Shown here piece after piece: positions 1-11,520 of a stretch of DNA of 64,000 nt. The first letter of the stretch is position 1. Each line of letters starts with the position of its first letter. Location: the NCBI RefSeq assembly GCF_022045235.1, contig NW_027266265.1:32426001-32490000 (forward strand), in the 5' to 3' direction. Source of the stretch: Haliotis cracherodii (taxonomy: Eukaryota). The position numbers and the translations under genes are program-made. Below the pieces are notes generated by a model. It was not told the origin of the DNA and did not search any database. It saw only the letters and a list, made by a program, of their open reading frames with translations.

Positions 1-804
1 CAATATCTGAACGAACAGCACGGCATGTCTTTAAGTTTTGACGCTTAGATTTAATTAAGACGAGAGCCCTCTATTTCAAACTAATGACAATTTTATTCAC
101 AGAAAAGCCATTTTGAAGGTACAGGAAGAGATGTGATATTGGACATCATCAGATATTTTCATATAAAAAAGCAGTGAGATGGAGGAGGATGAAAATCCAG
201 ATGATCGAATAGTGATTTTGGAAATTGGCACTAGTTCTGTAGTCCTTGCCAATCTGCCCAGTAGTTAAGGTATTACAAGGACTAGTTGAAGTTCACCATT
301 TTTAAGGGTTTTGCTATGTACTATCATTATAAGGACTATTTGACTAAACATGTTCGGTTCAACTGCTGCCTTTGTTATGATTCCAGTAATCAGAGGACAT
401 ACATCAGCAGTTCAGTACGCTCCATAATTGGGGGGATTCAGCCCAACCAGACAATCATCTCCCAATTGGGAAAACAAAATCACAAACAAAAGCAGCAAAT
501 AATCCATGACCATTGCACATTTCAACTGTTTGAATATTGTCATTTGGACACATGTCTGCATCAACAGCCATTTTAATACATTTGTGCCAAAACCTTGCCA
601 TAATTTAAATCATGTATTTTGAAATAATGTGCTAGCCAACAAGTTTTCTGAAAACAATTTTTATTTGCCTTCGAGCTGGTGATTTTGTTTGTCAAATTGG
701 AAGGTGTTTGCCTGGCTGAGCCGAGTTCTCTCAGGTGGCTTACTGAACAAGGTATAGAGAGAGTAATCAGACACACTGAATATGACCATAACCAGATTTC
801 TTAC

Positions 805-1392
805 CTCTGCTGGTGGAGGTCCTTCTACTGTCATGGACACAAGGTGTTCTCCTCGGAGAAGTACCAGTCCCAGAACTCTCTTCTCCTCCCTTTCTCCAGC
901 CTTCTGACTCTTTGGCTTCACCTTTCGGAACTCATCACAATCTCCCAGAATCAGGTTCATGTGCTTGTCGAAGGCCTTAAACGTACCGATGAAGATGCGC
1001 CCATCTTGGAGGGTGCACCTCATACGGTAGTTTATGTGCTGAAGCATTTTGCTGCTTTTCGCAACCTGAAATAGGCAAATTGTTCAAAATGGAATGAAAC
1101 GAGCTAACATAACATGCAGACATAATGTTTCAAAACTTTTACCAACTGTTGCCACTTAAGCATGTTAAGCTTTTGAGTGAGTGAGTGAGTGAGTGAGTGA
1201 GTGAGTGAGTATGGTTTTATGCCGCTTTTAGCAATATTCCAGCAATATCACGGCGGGGGACACCAGAAATGGGCTTCACACATTGTACCCATGTCGGGAA
1301 TCGAACCCGGGTCTTCGGTGTGACGAGTGAACGCTTTAACCACTAGGCTACCTGACCGCCCGTTAAGCTTTTGAACTTAACTTCTAAATAAT

Positions 1393-1439
<47 letters not shown>

Positions 1440-2187
1440 TGTATCATGTGTGTCTGTGTGTATGTATGTATAAGGTCATGAAAAGAAGAGGACTGACATT
1501 TCATGTTTTGTCCACCTAAATTTTGAATATATGCTTATACTAGCATTTACAAGATGGGTTTTTTAAAAACTGGTAATGAGTTTATTGCAACCAATCGATA
1601 TGAATTTCCTAAATATATTTGAAGCAAACATGTCGAACATCCCTGAAACGTTCATGAAACGTAACATTTTGATACAAAATAAACACCCGAAATATCAATG
1701 ATAGATCTAGTATCAAAATGAACAACCGTCAAGAAATAGAGCACATTATCAATAAACACTGTCAACAAACTAAAATAACTGTAAACACTGATTAGATGTT
1801 TTAATTGTACTCACATTTGATAATAAAAGTGAGGTCTGCATAAGTGATAACTTAAGTGCTACATCACGAAAATAGGATACACAAGTAAATAAATAAACAT
1901 GTAACATCAAGCTCAATCTAAACGAGAACGACACTAACTTTCATTTTTAGGAATCGCAAACAATATAGTTTCTTGTTAGAAAATGAATCAAAACAACATG
2001 AAACACAGAAAATGAAATATTTTGATGTTTCGAGATGTAAACAATGGGTCGCGGGTTCGATGAAATCACAAAGATTCCATGTCTCTTTACAAACAAAATA
2101 GTCAAGTTATCGTGATATACATCCACGAAATAATAAATAGGCACAAACATATAACATTGAAGAAAAGAATAATGAAAGTCTTACCAT
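805..2187 (-). CDS. SNRPB: Sm protein B (snRNP core), 5' part: coding exons 2185-2187 (ATG only) and 805-1065; continues off the left edge
   Basis: Exon 805-1065 translates [48 protein letters not shown]...[13 protein letters not shown], nearly identical to SmB/B'. Acceptor TTTCAG at 1066-1071, donor GTAAGA at 799-804. The upstream AAGATG|GTAAGA at 2179-2190 supplies the start codon. Confidence 0.95.
1177..1361 (-). mobile_element. SINE family A (tRNA-Asp-like head, (ACTC)n tail), full length
   Basis: A/B boxes TAGCCTAGTGG and GGTTCGATTCC. 13-bp TSD GTTAAGCTTTTGA at 1164-1176 and 1362-1374. Weaker copies near 5290-5425, 11700-11840, 33388-33530, 42970-43055, 47070-47150, 52660-52805. Confidence 0.9.
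1394..1436. repeat. (CA)n microsatellite
   Basis: Direct reading. Confidence 0.95.
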
Positions 2188-3308
2188 CTTGCTTCTATGG
2201 ATGTAACAGATTAACAAAAATTAGTTTGGGTAGTGACCCAAATTATCAAACATTCACATTTGGAGCATGTACGTTTCCGCGGCGTATTTCACTTCAGCGT
2301 CATCTATGCCGGTAAAGGGAGATAACCACCAGTCATATATTCACTCGGTGTAACCACTAAAAATAAATGATGGAACATTCATTGTTGATCGAATTTACAC
2401 ATATTGAGTCAAAACTCGTGTTCAAATGTCAATGAAATCAAGAATTTAATACTTATTTAATAAAGTATTTTATTCATAAGTTTGATTCCGCCAAAAGGAC
2501 CCATTCGTGGGGAATTACATAATGACAGAATTATGACTTATATAAAGAAATTAAGAAAATAGTGTGGGAATTTGTCCGTGGAAATTTAAATTTAATTTAT
2601 TGAGAAATATTAGTTTTAAAAATTCACACACTATTGAACGTAAATAATTGCAGGCTATTCTCTTTCAGTGTCTTTCCCCAAAACCATAGATGTATATAAG
2701 CCTTTATTGAATTCGTTATATTTCTTGAGACAAGTGCCCGCTTAATAAATCTGTTTCTCAATATGACGTACGGCACATTGTCAGAAACATATCCATCCTC
2801 GATTATCCATTCAATTATTAACATATAGCATAATAGAACAGCGATATGATACACTGGATAATCTAGGATGAAAACTACCACGTTACGTATTGGTGCATTA
2901 TTGTCGGTTTCCGAGTATACAACACTGTAAAATCTACATTGTTTTGTTTCTTAGGATACATCAGACCATTAACAGGGAGTTTACATAAATGGGTCGGGGT
3001 GTAGGGGTGTGCTGTGGGGTGGGGTGGGGTGGGGTGCGGGGGGTGTACGTAATACCCTTGGGGGCAGTTAACACCGAATATCGAATAGTTTAAATATTCA
3101 TGAAAAAAATCAATTATACACTGTTTGACTTCCTATAGCCATAAAATAACATTTCCAATCACCCTGGTGCTTCAGGGTAAGAGAATTCGAGGCCCCCTTA
3201 TGCTTGTCTTGTCGTACTGTGGGGTAGGGTGCGGGGGGTGTACGTAATACCCTTGGGGGCAGTTAACACCTCCCCCTGGATCTGCCCGCGAGTAGACTGA
3301 AATCATGC

Positions 3309-3578
3309 AGGGGCACAGGTGGCCCAGTCGTCTAAAGCGCCGCGATTCGTTGTGAAGAGTTGCGTCTCTTGGGCACGCCAGAAACCTATGATTGTGGGTC
3401 CCAATCCCGATTATGTTTCTAGGCTTGTCAGCACCATACCCGTGCTCGTGGGTTTCACCGAAGTGGTAAACACCTGCGACCTGCACCACTTCGGGCTTTC
3501 CTCCCACAATAAGCAGATACGCTCTGAGATAACTGGAATACTGTTAAAAGCGGCGTTAAACCCAACCCACTCACTCAC
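3309..3578 (+). mobile_element. SINE family B copy
   Basis: Colinear with 59960-60243 over its full length. Confidence 0.85.
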
Positions 3579-5862
3579 TGAAATTCTACAGTGTAAATCA
3601 TCTAACTTTCCTTACCCCCAGTGTAGGAAAAGGAATCCTGATAGCAACGTGGATGGCACACGGATGAAGGGTTGTGCTGTCCTTATATATCTTCATCGAA
3701 TAGTTTAAATATTCATGAAAAAAATCAATTCTACACTGTTTGACTTCCTAGCCATAAAATAACATTTCCAATCACCCTGGTGCTTCCCTTATGCTTGTCT
3801 TGTCGTACGAGCCGACTGAGTGGATCGGTTGGCCATCCGCGTCATCCTATCTCGACGGCATGGGGCGGTGCTAATAATAACAATCACCAAATAAAGATAA
3901 AATAAGATGTAAGTTCTCGGAGAAGTTTGTAACAATCACAGGATTGTCTGGGCCCCGTGCCACAAAGCGATTTTAGCGCTAAGCTGATCGTAATTCCCGT
4001 GCTTTAACATAGGCTCATACGACTATTCACAGGCCGGCGTCATACAGCTGGAATATTGTTCAGTGTACATGGCGGTAAACAACAAACAAACGCAACTTTA
4101 CAACTGAGACAAGACTATCTTCGAAAATAATAACCTTTGGATTATTAAACGATGGGGAGCTTAACATGCACATAAACAATATGAAGATAACACAAGATAA
4201 TGAAGGCATTATGAAACGGGCAAATCCATGACCAGCATTAGAGGCGGATCCAGGATTCTGAAATGAATGAGTGAGTGAGTTGGGTTTAACTCTACTTTGA
4301 ACAGTATTCCAGTTGTGAAAAGGTGGGGTGCACACAATACCAAAGTATGGAATACATTTCCCCTGGTTTACGAAACCGACAATCTTAAATATAAAAACAA
4401 TCAAGAATTTTGTTATATATAAAATCAGTATGACAAGTGTTTTGGCGCTCTGACAATATATATGACAATGAAATGCCGCTGTCAGATTTTAGATTCATAA
4501 TATTTATAAGGACTCAGACAAGGTTATTGTGTCATTTTAAGATGGGGATATACTGCATGTTGTATATGGTTTTATCCACCCTTATCCAGAGTCCAACCCT
4601 CTTTCTAAAGTAGACAAAACATTGGTGCATTTGGAATACTTACAGGTGATACAAAAACGGCAATCGTGTATAACTAATTTATTTGGTGATATATTTGCAG
4701 CAGAATTACAATATTACTAACTACCAACTCAAATCAAGGGTTGAAGGAAAGGTATATCCCGGCCGTCATCTAAGAATATGTAACATCTGTAACATCTGTA
4801 ACCACAAGTTGTTGAGGATAAGTATAATTGTTTTTAGATATTTTTCCTGCGTATGCAGATTCACGTCATTAATATCTTTAGGATGTACCTCTCCATCTTA
4901 ACAGGGACTATTAAATAATATTTTTGAAATCTGATAGTCAAAGCATTATTTTGTATTACAGTAACTATATGAAGGATGCATTTAGTTGTGCGTTCCTTGT
5001 AGTACTAAGTGTCACGTATCTGCAGCATATGAATGTTAGCCACTCACTCATATTTAATGTAATTTGTAAATAACACTTTTGTTCATGGGCCCAAGTCCTT
5101 ATAGTGAATACAATTGCTTCATTGACTACAAATCCCAATATGCCAGTGAAATTATCAACTAAACCACTGTGCTTTTAACCAACACAACCTAACTTAATCA
5201 CTCGCTATCATATGTTATGAAAGACCACGTCGGAATTCACTCTACAAAGGCAGAATGTCAATCACAGACGCAAACCCAAAGAACACGTTCCTAGGTCATA
5301 TCGTAACACTGAAGACCAGGGTTTGGTTCCCGACTTGGGTACAATGTGTGAAGCCCATTTCTGGTGTCCCCCGCCGTGATATTGCTGCAATAGTGATAAA
5401 AGCGGCATAAAACAGTACTCACTCATAGTTAATAAAAAAGGTGCGATTTAAAGTTAAATTAGTAAAAAATATCCCAAAATATAAAATATATTAAAGATTT
5501 TTAAAAATGTTGAATCTGCATACCAAATACGATGTTATTTGCGTGTCACGTACCACACTGATGAGTCCCGAATACCCTCTAAAGAGACCCCCGAATCCCG
5601 CGTACTGTAAGGGGGGTGGGGTTGTCAGCCTCAGTATGTTGTGAGAAAGATATCACTGCTCATTTTATGTTGGCTTTTGTTGGTAAATGGCAAAACTATG
5701 CAATTTAACAGATGCGGCTTGAATAGGGACCTTGACTTAGAATTAGTGGGGTATAGAAACACCATCCCAAACAACATGATGTCATTTAATCGATATCATT
5801 AACCACGTGTACACCACTAATAGTTGTTGGATGCTGATTGTTGACGTCGCAAGGTGCCCGTG

Positions 5863-5876
5863 GTAGTCATGGCAAC
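5863..5876. promoter_or_regulatory. RFX X-box upstream of the Sel1-repeat gene
   Basis: GTAGTCATGGCAAC fits GTHNYYATRRNAAC; 52 bp upstream of the ATG. Confidence 0.55.
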
Positions 5877-5927
5877 AACCAAGCTCCAGCAGCCGGCCAC
5901 GTACAGAGGTGAACACATGAACACAAG

Positions 5928-8900
5928 ATGGCGACCGCAAGCTCTGCGGGCATCGGTGGAGCCGAACTTCGACAGCGCTATCAGCCAGAACAAGACCCAG
6001 AATGGAATTCAGATTTGCCTTACGGGGGCAAGGTTTATCTTGCTCGGAAGAAGAAGGCCGATCCTACATATGTACGAGTCTTGGAGGTGAGTCAGTTCAC
6101 GGTGAAGTTGGTCCGGGGTCCTGGGACGTTGGTGCCATGTGATGTATTTCAGAACAGTCAGTCATCGAGCTCAGTCTTTATTCAGATCTTGCCAGAAAAA
6201 GAATAAGAATAAGCTTAATTTGTTGGGGCAAAACAAGTATATTTTAGTATTGTATTATTTACATTAGTATGTCGGCGTTTGCAGACAGATAAGATTATTT
6301 CAAATTGCGGTTGAAACCAGTTAATGGGCGCCATCAATGATTGATTAACCTTTGTTGTTATCCACGGGTAGTGATGCGGATCGGTACTGGACACACACAA
6401 CTGACTGGTTCGATAAACTGCGTCTTCGGGTTGATAGCAGAAATGACATCAAGCTTAAAGCAATGTGTGGAGACATTAATTATGGAGATTAATCATCAAT
6501 ATTTAATATTCTGTCATTGATTTTGATCATCTTTCAAATACGTTTAATTTGATAGTCATGTTCTGATTGAGACCACGTCCCTGGATTCATATTTAATTGT
6601 TTCAAACTGCTTTTCATTTAAACTGATTGAAGTATGCAGAATTCCTGCCATAATCATGGCTTTCATGGTAATGAAACATACATTTATTCAGTGTACACAG
6701 TCTTAGTTCTTTCTCAGGATCAGCAATTCTAAGCCTTTTGAAGTGAATTGGGTTGTTTTGGTGTCAAGTAGGGCCAATATTTTACCTTATTTCACAGATC
6801 ATACATACAGTACAGTTTGTAGTAAGTGAGTGAGTTGGGTTTAACTAGTCTTCAGTATTCCAGTCATATCATGGGGTGTCTGCGTTATGTTGGAGGAAAG
6901 CCCAAAGTGAGGTAGGGCTCATGGCGAAACCCACAAGCAAGGGTATTGTGCTGACAAACCTAGAAACATAATTGGGGGAACCGAGATTCGAACCTACAAT
7001 CATAGGTTTCTGCACAGTGATTTGCTTTACCCTTGCTCCCTTTCAATACAACAACAACAAATAAGCAAAGAAAATACAGGTAGGATACAATATGATTGTG
7101 ATTGAAAGTATGCTTATTACAGACCCCTGCCTGCTAGAAGTTGCTAAACTTGTTATGAGAGCTATTTTATGGAATAATCTATGTATTGTCGTACATTCAG
7201 AGTTGAACCTCATCAAACACTGGCTTTTCATGCACTAAGAACTGTCTACTGTTATGAATAATTCCATGCCATCTCAAATATTTTTCTTTCCAAATCGGGG
7301 GGCATGGGTGACCCTGTCTTCTAGGGCGACGCATTTCGCTGTGCAGAGTTGCGTCCCTTGGACGGGCCAGAAACCTATGATTGTGGGTTCGAATCCCGAT
7401 CTATGTTTCTAGGTTTGTCAGCACCATACTCGTGCTCGTGGGTTTCACCGAAGTGGTAAACGTCTAAGACCTGCAAAGGCTTTCCTCCCACATTAAGCAG
7501 ACACGCCACGATATAACTGGAATAATGTTAAAAGCGGCGTTAAACCAAACTCACTCACTCACCCACTCACTTTCTTTCCAAATCACAAGAAAACAAACCT
7601 GCATACATGCTCTTTATTGGGGAGAAGATTTTTCAATATTATTTAATGCTGTTGGTTAGTGGACTGCCTACCCATTCTATATTTCAGGTACTTAAGCTTA
7701 CGGGTGCTGTGTTTCCTACCCATACTATGTTTCAGGTATTTTAGCCAATCCATGCTAAGTTTCAGGTACTTAAGCCTACCGGTGCTATGTTTCAGGTAGT
7801 TCAGTCTACCCATGCTTAGCTTCAGGTTCTTAAACTCAATGATGCTATGTTTCAGGTACTTTATTCTACCCATGCTATGTTTCAGGTACTTTAGCCTACC
7901 CATGCTATGTTTCAGGTACTTTATTCTACCCATGCTATGTTTCAGGTACTTTAGCCTACCCATTCTATGTTTCAGGTACTTTAGGCTACCCATGCCATGT
8001 TTCAGGTTCTTTATTTTACCCATTCTATGTTTCAGGTACTACTGATTGTGTTCACAGTGTCACTGGTCATCTATGCCTACTTCTACTTTGACCACCTGCA
8101 TTTCCACATTGCGCATGCGTATGCACATATGGGCTATGCAACTGCACAGCACCAGGTTGGGCAACGGTACCTGCATGGCAAGGGGATAGACCGACATGCT
8201 GGCAAGGCCATGGAGTGGTTCAGGTAAACATCTAGTTTCTGAAATGACAATATTTTACAGAAAAACAAAACATTTTCCGAAACTGCAGTAATCTAAACTT
8301 GCCAACTATTTTAGACTTGCAACAGCTGTATTGGAAAAATTTGTTTCAGGGTTTGTATGACAGACTATTAAAATGCAAGCAACTTCAGAATAATTTTGAT
8401 AGGTGATCTAAATTAAACTATGAAAGCCAGGGGCCCCTTGTCATAACCCAAATGACGAAGTAAAGTGTGAATTATTTTAGAAGGTGTTCCAAAGGTACAT
8501 GCAAATACCATTGCAGAAAACTTTCATGGACACAAGGACCACTCTTAATATCGAACATTGCTAATTGTTGTGGTGTCGTGGCTTGTTGCCGGCCACTGTA
8601 TTTGGAAATGCTGTCCAAGGCAACATTCATTTATTCACTCACCAGCTTTTACATGTACAACTTTCTTTCAGATTCTAACATGTCATGAAATGTATAATCA
8701 AATAGCAAATGGTTTTTTTCATTCCCAAGGATTGAACACACAACGTTCATATCTGTTTTGTTTGTTTGTTTGTTGTTTGTCGCACTCAGCAATGTTCCTG
8801 CCATATGAGGACAGTCTGTAAATAATCAAGTCTGGACCAGACAATCCAGGGATTGACATCATGTGCATCGATCTATGCAATTGGGATACAATGAGTCTTT

Positions 8901-9932
8901 ATTATGACATGCATCAACCAAGTCAGCGAGCCTGACCACCCGATCCCATTAGTCGCCTTTTATGACAGGCAAAGTTGCCTTCATAGATCGTTTGACCATG
9001 AGTCTAGTGGGGTAGTGTTATAGCCTTGTGGTTAAAGCATTCTCTCATCATGAAGAGTTCAATTTCCCACATGAAGTACCAGGGGTAAACATAACTGCTG
9101 GTCCTTTGGCCCGTGGCTGGCAGAAATAGCAGAAGGCCTGTTGTTACTTGAATTGAGTGTCCTGTAGGACAGGTTGATGGCCCATGCTTATACATGTTGT
9201 GATTCACCTGCAAGATTTGGGGAGTGTCAATGCCAGCTGGTCCTACTGAGATGCTGGTTGTTTTCAGTACTTCTGCTGTTATGTTCAACAATATTTGCTG
9301 ATTCTGCATATTTTCTATTTCAGGAAGGCTGCCGATCAAGGTCATCCCCATGCCTCCTACAACCTGGCCATCGGGTACCTCCGGGGTCTGAAGACTGACA
9401 TCAAAACAGGGTCAGTAGATGGTTACATTCTTATGCAGCAGTAGAAACTAAGGTTTTTGTCCTCTTGTCCTTATTATGATAACATATAGCAATACCCTTG
9501 ACATATTTCCAAAGCTGTTATGTACAAAATTAGTGAACATAGGCATTTCAGCAGAAGAATGTTTGCTGGACCATTCAAAATATAATCAACATATCATTAA
9601 TGTGTGGTTACCTGTGATACCTTGTTCAGTGTGTGGCTCATGCTATCAACCGCTGGTCTGTGTGGCCTGGGTTTGTTTATTTACAACTGCACTCCCTGTT
9701 ATATACCTGGAATATTGCTGATTTGGGTTTTAAAACACTTTCACTCACTTGTTTAGATTCCTGTAGAAAGTGGTAAGTGAACCTTATATATATAGTCCGT
9801 GTGCGCTTTTCTATATGTATGTTATTATGCTTGCAGATAGTAGTATTTCTGCTTGTGATTAATATTATACTTGTAATGTTTATGTTGAGTGTCGGTGACG
9901 ATAAATGCATTTCTGTGTGGGGTGGGAGGTCA

Positions 9933-9988
<56 letters not shown>

Positions 9989-10265
9989 TAAGTGTGCCTG
10001 TGTGTGTCTACGTGTTTGTGTAAGATTGCGTGGGCGCATGACTGTAAAAGTAATTTGGCGTGAGAGAGTGTGTGTGCGCATAACTTATTCGTATTTAAAC
10101 ATTGTGTTGGTATATGTCTTAATTCATCTTATCCGGATCATGACGCTATACATATGATCTTATGTCTAGTGTCACGTAGGCCATAAGTGGTCGGATGTTA
10201 TATTTTATTGTTTGTGTACGTGTTTTAGTATGAAGTGTAGATAACATGGGACACTATAATAAACA

Positions 10266-10339
<74 letters not shown>

Positions 10340-10472
10340 ACTCATTTATTTCTATGTTTTTTGTCTCTTTTACAGAGAAGCCCACACATTGATTCATCAC
10401 GCAGCCTCGAAAGGAGTATCCGAGGCTCACAAGGTCCTCAACGAGGTCTGTGCCAAAGGAGGCTGTGATTAG
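5928..10472 (+). CDS. Uncharacterised single-pass membrane protein with Sel1-like repeats, 176 aa; exons 5928-6086, 8036-8223, 9324-9410, 10376-10472
   Basis: Four GT-AG exons join in frame (531 nt, ends TAG). Hydrophobic segment VLLIVFTVSLVIYAYFYF is followed by Sel1-type motifs AQHQVGQRYLHGKGIDRHAGKAMEWFRKAADQG and HPHASYNLAIGYLRG...EAHTLIHHAASKG. Confidence 0.88.
7297..7570 (+). mobile_element. SINE family B (tRNA-Leu-like head with long A-B box spacing)
   Basis: 14-bp TSD TTTCTTTCCAAATC at 7283-7296 and 7571-7584; B box GGTTCGAATCC; (ACTC)n tail. Confidence 0.88.
7667..8040 (+). repeat. 30-bp minisatellite made of the exon-2 splice acceptor of the Sel1-repeat gene (about 12 units)
   Basis: Unit CATGCTATGTTTCAGGTACTTTAGCCTACC. 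TTCAG|GT recurs in exact 30-nt register from 7735 to 8035, plus once at 7687. Confidence 0.95.
9935..9982. repeat. (TG)n microsatellite
   Basis: Direct reading. Confidence 0.95.
10270..10335. repeat. (CT)n microsatellite 40 nt upstream of an acceptor
   Basis: Direct reading. Confidence 0.95.
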
Positions 10473-10929
10473 GTCACAGCGAGTCTCACCTGATCTGTGT
10501 GTTACAGGATTTATCTAGACCTGCTCAGTGGGAGAGGTGCACCACTCATGTCAGCAGCAAATGTCAGTAAAAATTCCAAAATAGGAATAAAATATTCCCA
10601 ATTCATTAATGGTAACCAGTATTATGTCTTTGAGGTGACTTGTATTTCACTGTTAAATTACCTCTGAATTTAGGAGAAGGAAACTTTCAAAAAAATCCAG
10701 TTTTGAACAAAATAATGCTGTTTTACTAACTTTCCTGGCAAGTTTGGTATCCTAGATAAATCCTGATGTTATCCGTCCATATATTTCAATGGTCTACTGC
10801 TGTATCATCAAAACTGTATAACCGTCCAGTAGAACTACATGTACTTTGAGTCTGAATAATACAATGTAGGGACATTATGTTTATTTTATCCATCTGCTAA
10901 TGAAATGGTATGCAATTTCTATTAAAATT

Positions 10930-11520
10930 CATTCATTGACTGGTTCCATGAAGACTGCTGAATTTCTCCGTCCGACAGTTAAAGTAATGGAACACGTCCA
11001 ACATGACCTTCTGTTGGATATTTACTTTGTACATTAAAATAAAACTATGATCTTCTGTTGCATCTTAATTTTGACCATAAAAAAATAAATTTGGATGTTA
11101 GTTTGAATAATTGTTAGAACTTATTCATCTGATATGCTCCAATGAAGACTGCTGAGTTTATCCACCTGACCTTTAAAAAAGTGGAACATGTCTGTATAAC
11201 TGTTTGATAATTATTTTTGTCCATCAAATGATATTTGGATGTTATTTGAATAATTCTCTGAACTTAAAAATCTGATATGCTCCAATGAAGACTGCTGAAT
11301 TTATCCACCTGACTGTTAAAAGACTGGAACGTGTCTGTCCACCATTATTTTGTCCATTAATGAAAAAGCTCTTTGGGTGTTAGTTTGAATGATTCTTTGA
11401 ACTTATTCATCGGATATGGTTCCAAGACTGTTAAATTTATCCATCCAAAAGTTAAAGCCATGGACATCCTTATGTTGAATCTTTATTTTCTCCATCACAG
11501 AAAATTAATATTTTGGTGTT
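10930..11520 (+). repeat. Degenerate tandem repeat of about 140-190 bp, about 4 copies, in the probable 3' UTR
   Basis: AAGACTGCTGAATTT..CC..AC..TTAAA...TGGAAC recurs near 10950, 11145, 11287 and 11424, with shared TTTGGATGTTAGTTTGAAT blocks. Confidence 0.7.

Noticed and set aside
3172-3708. ORFs of 100-130 aa with similar peptides at 39570, 56313 and 60043
   Set aside because: All overlap copies of SINE family B; the similarity reflects the repeat, not a gene family.
7643-8045. ORFs with KYLKHSMGRL / LCFRYFILPM repeats
   Set aside because: Off-frame or antisense readings of the acceptor minisatellite.
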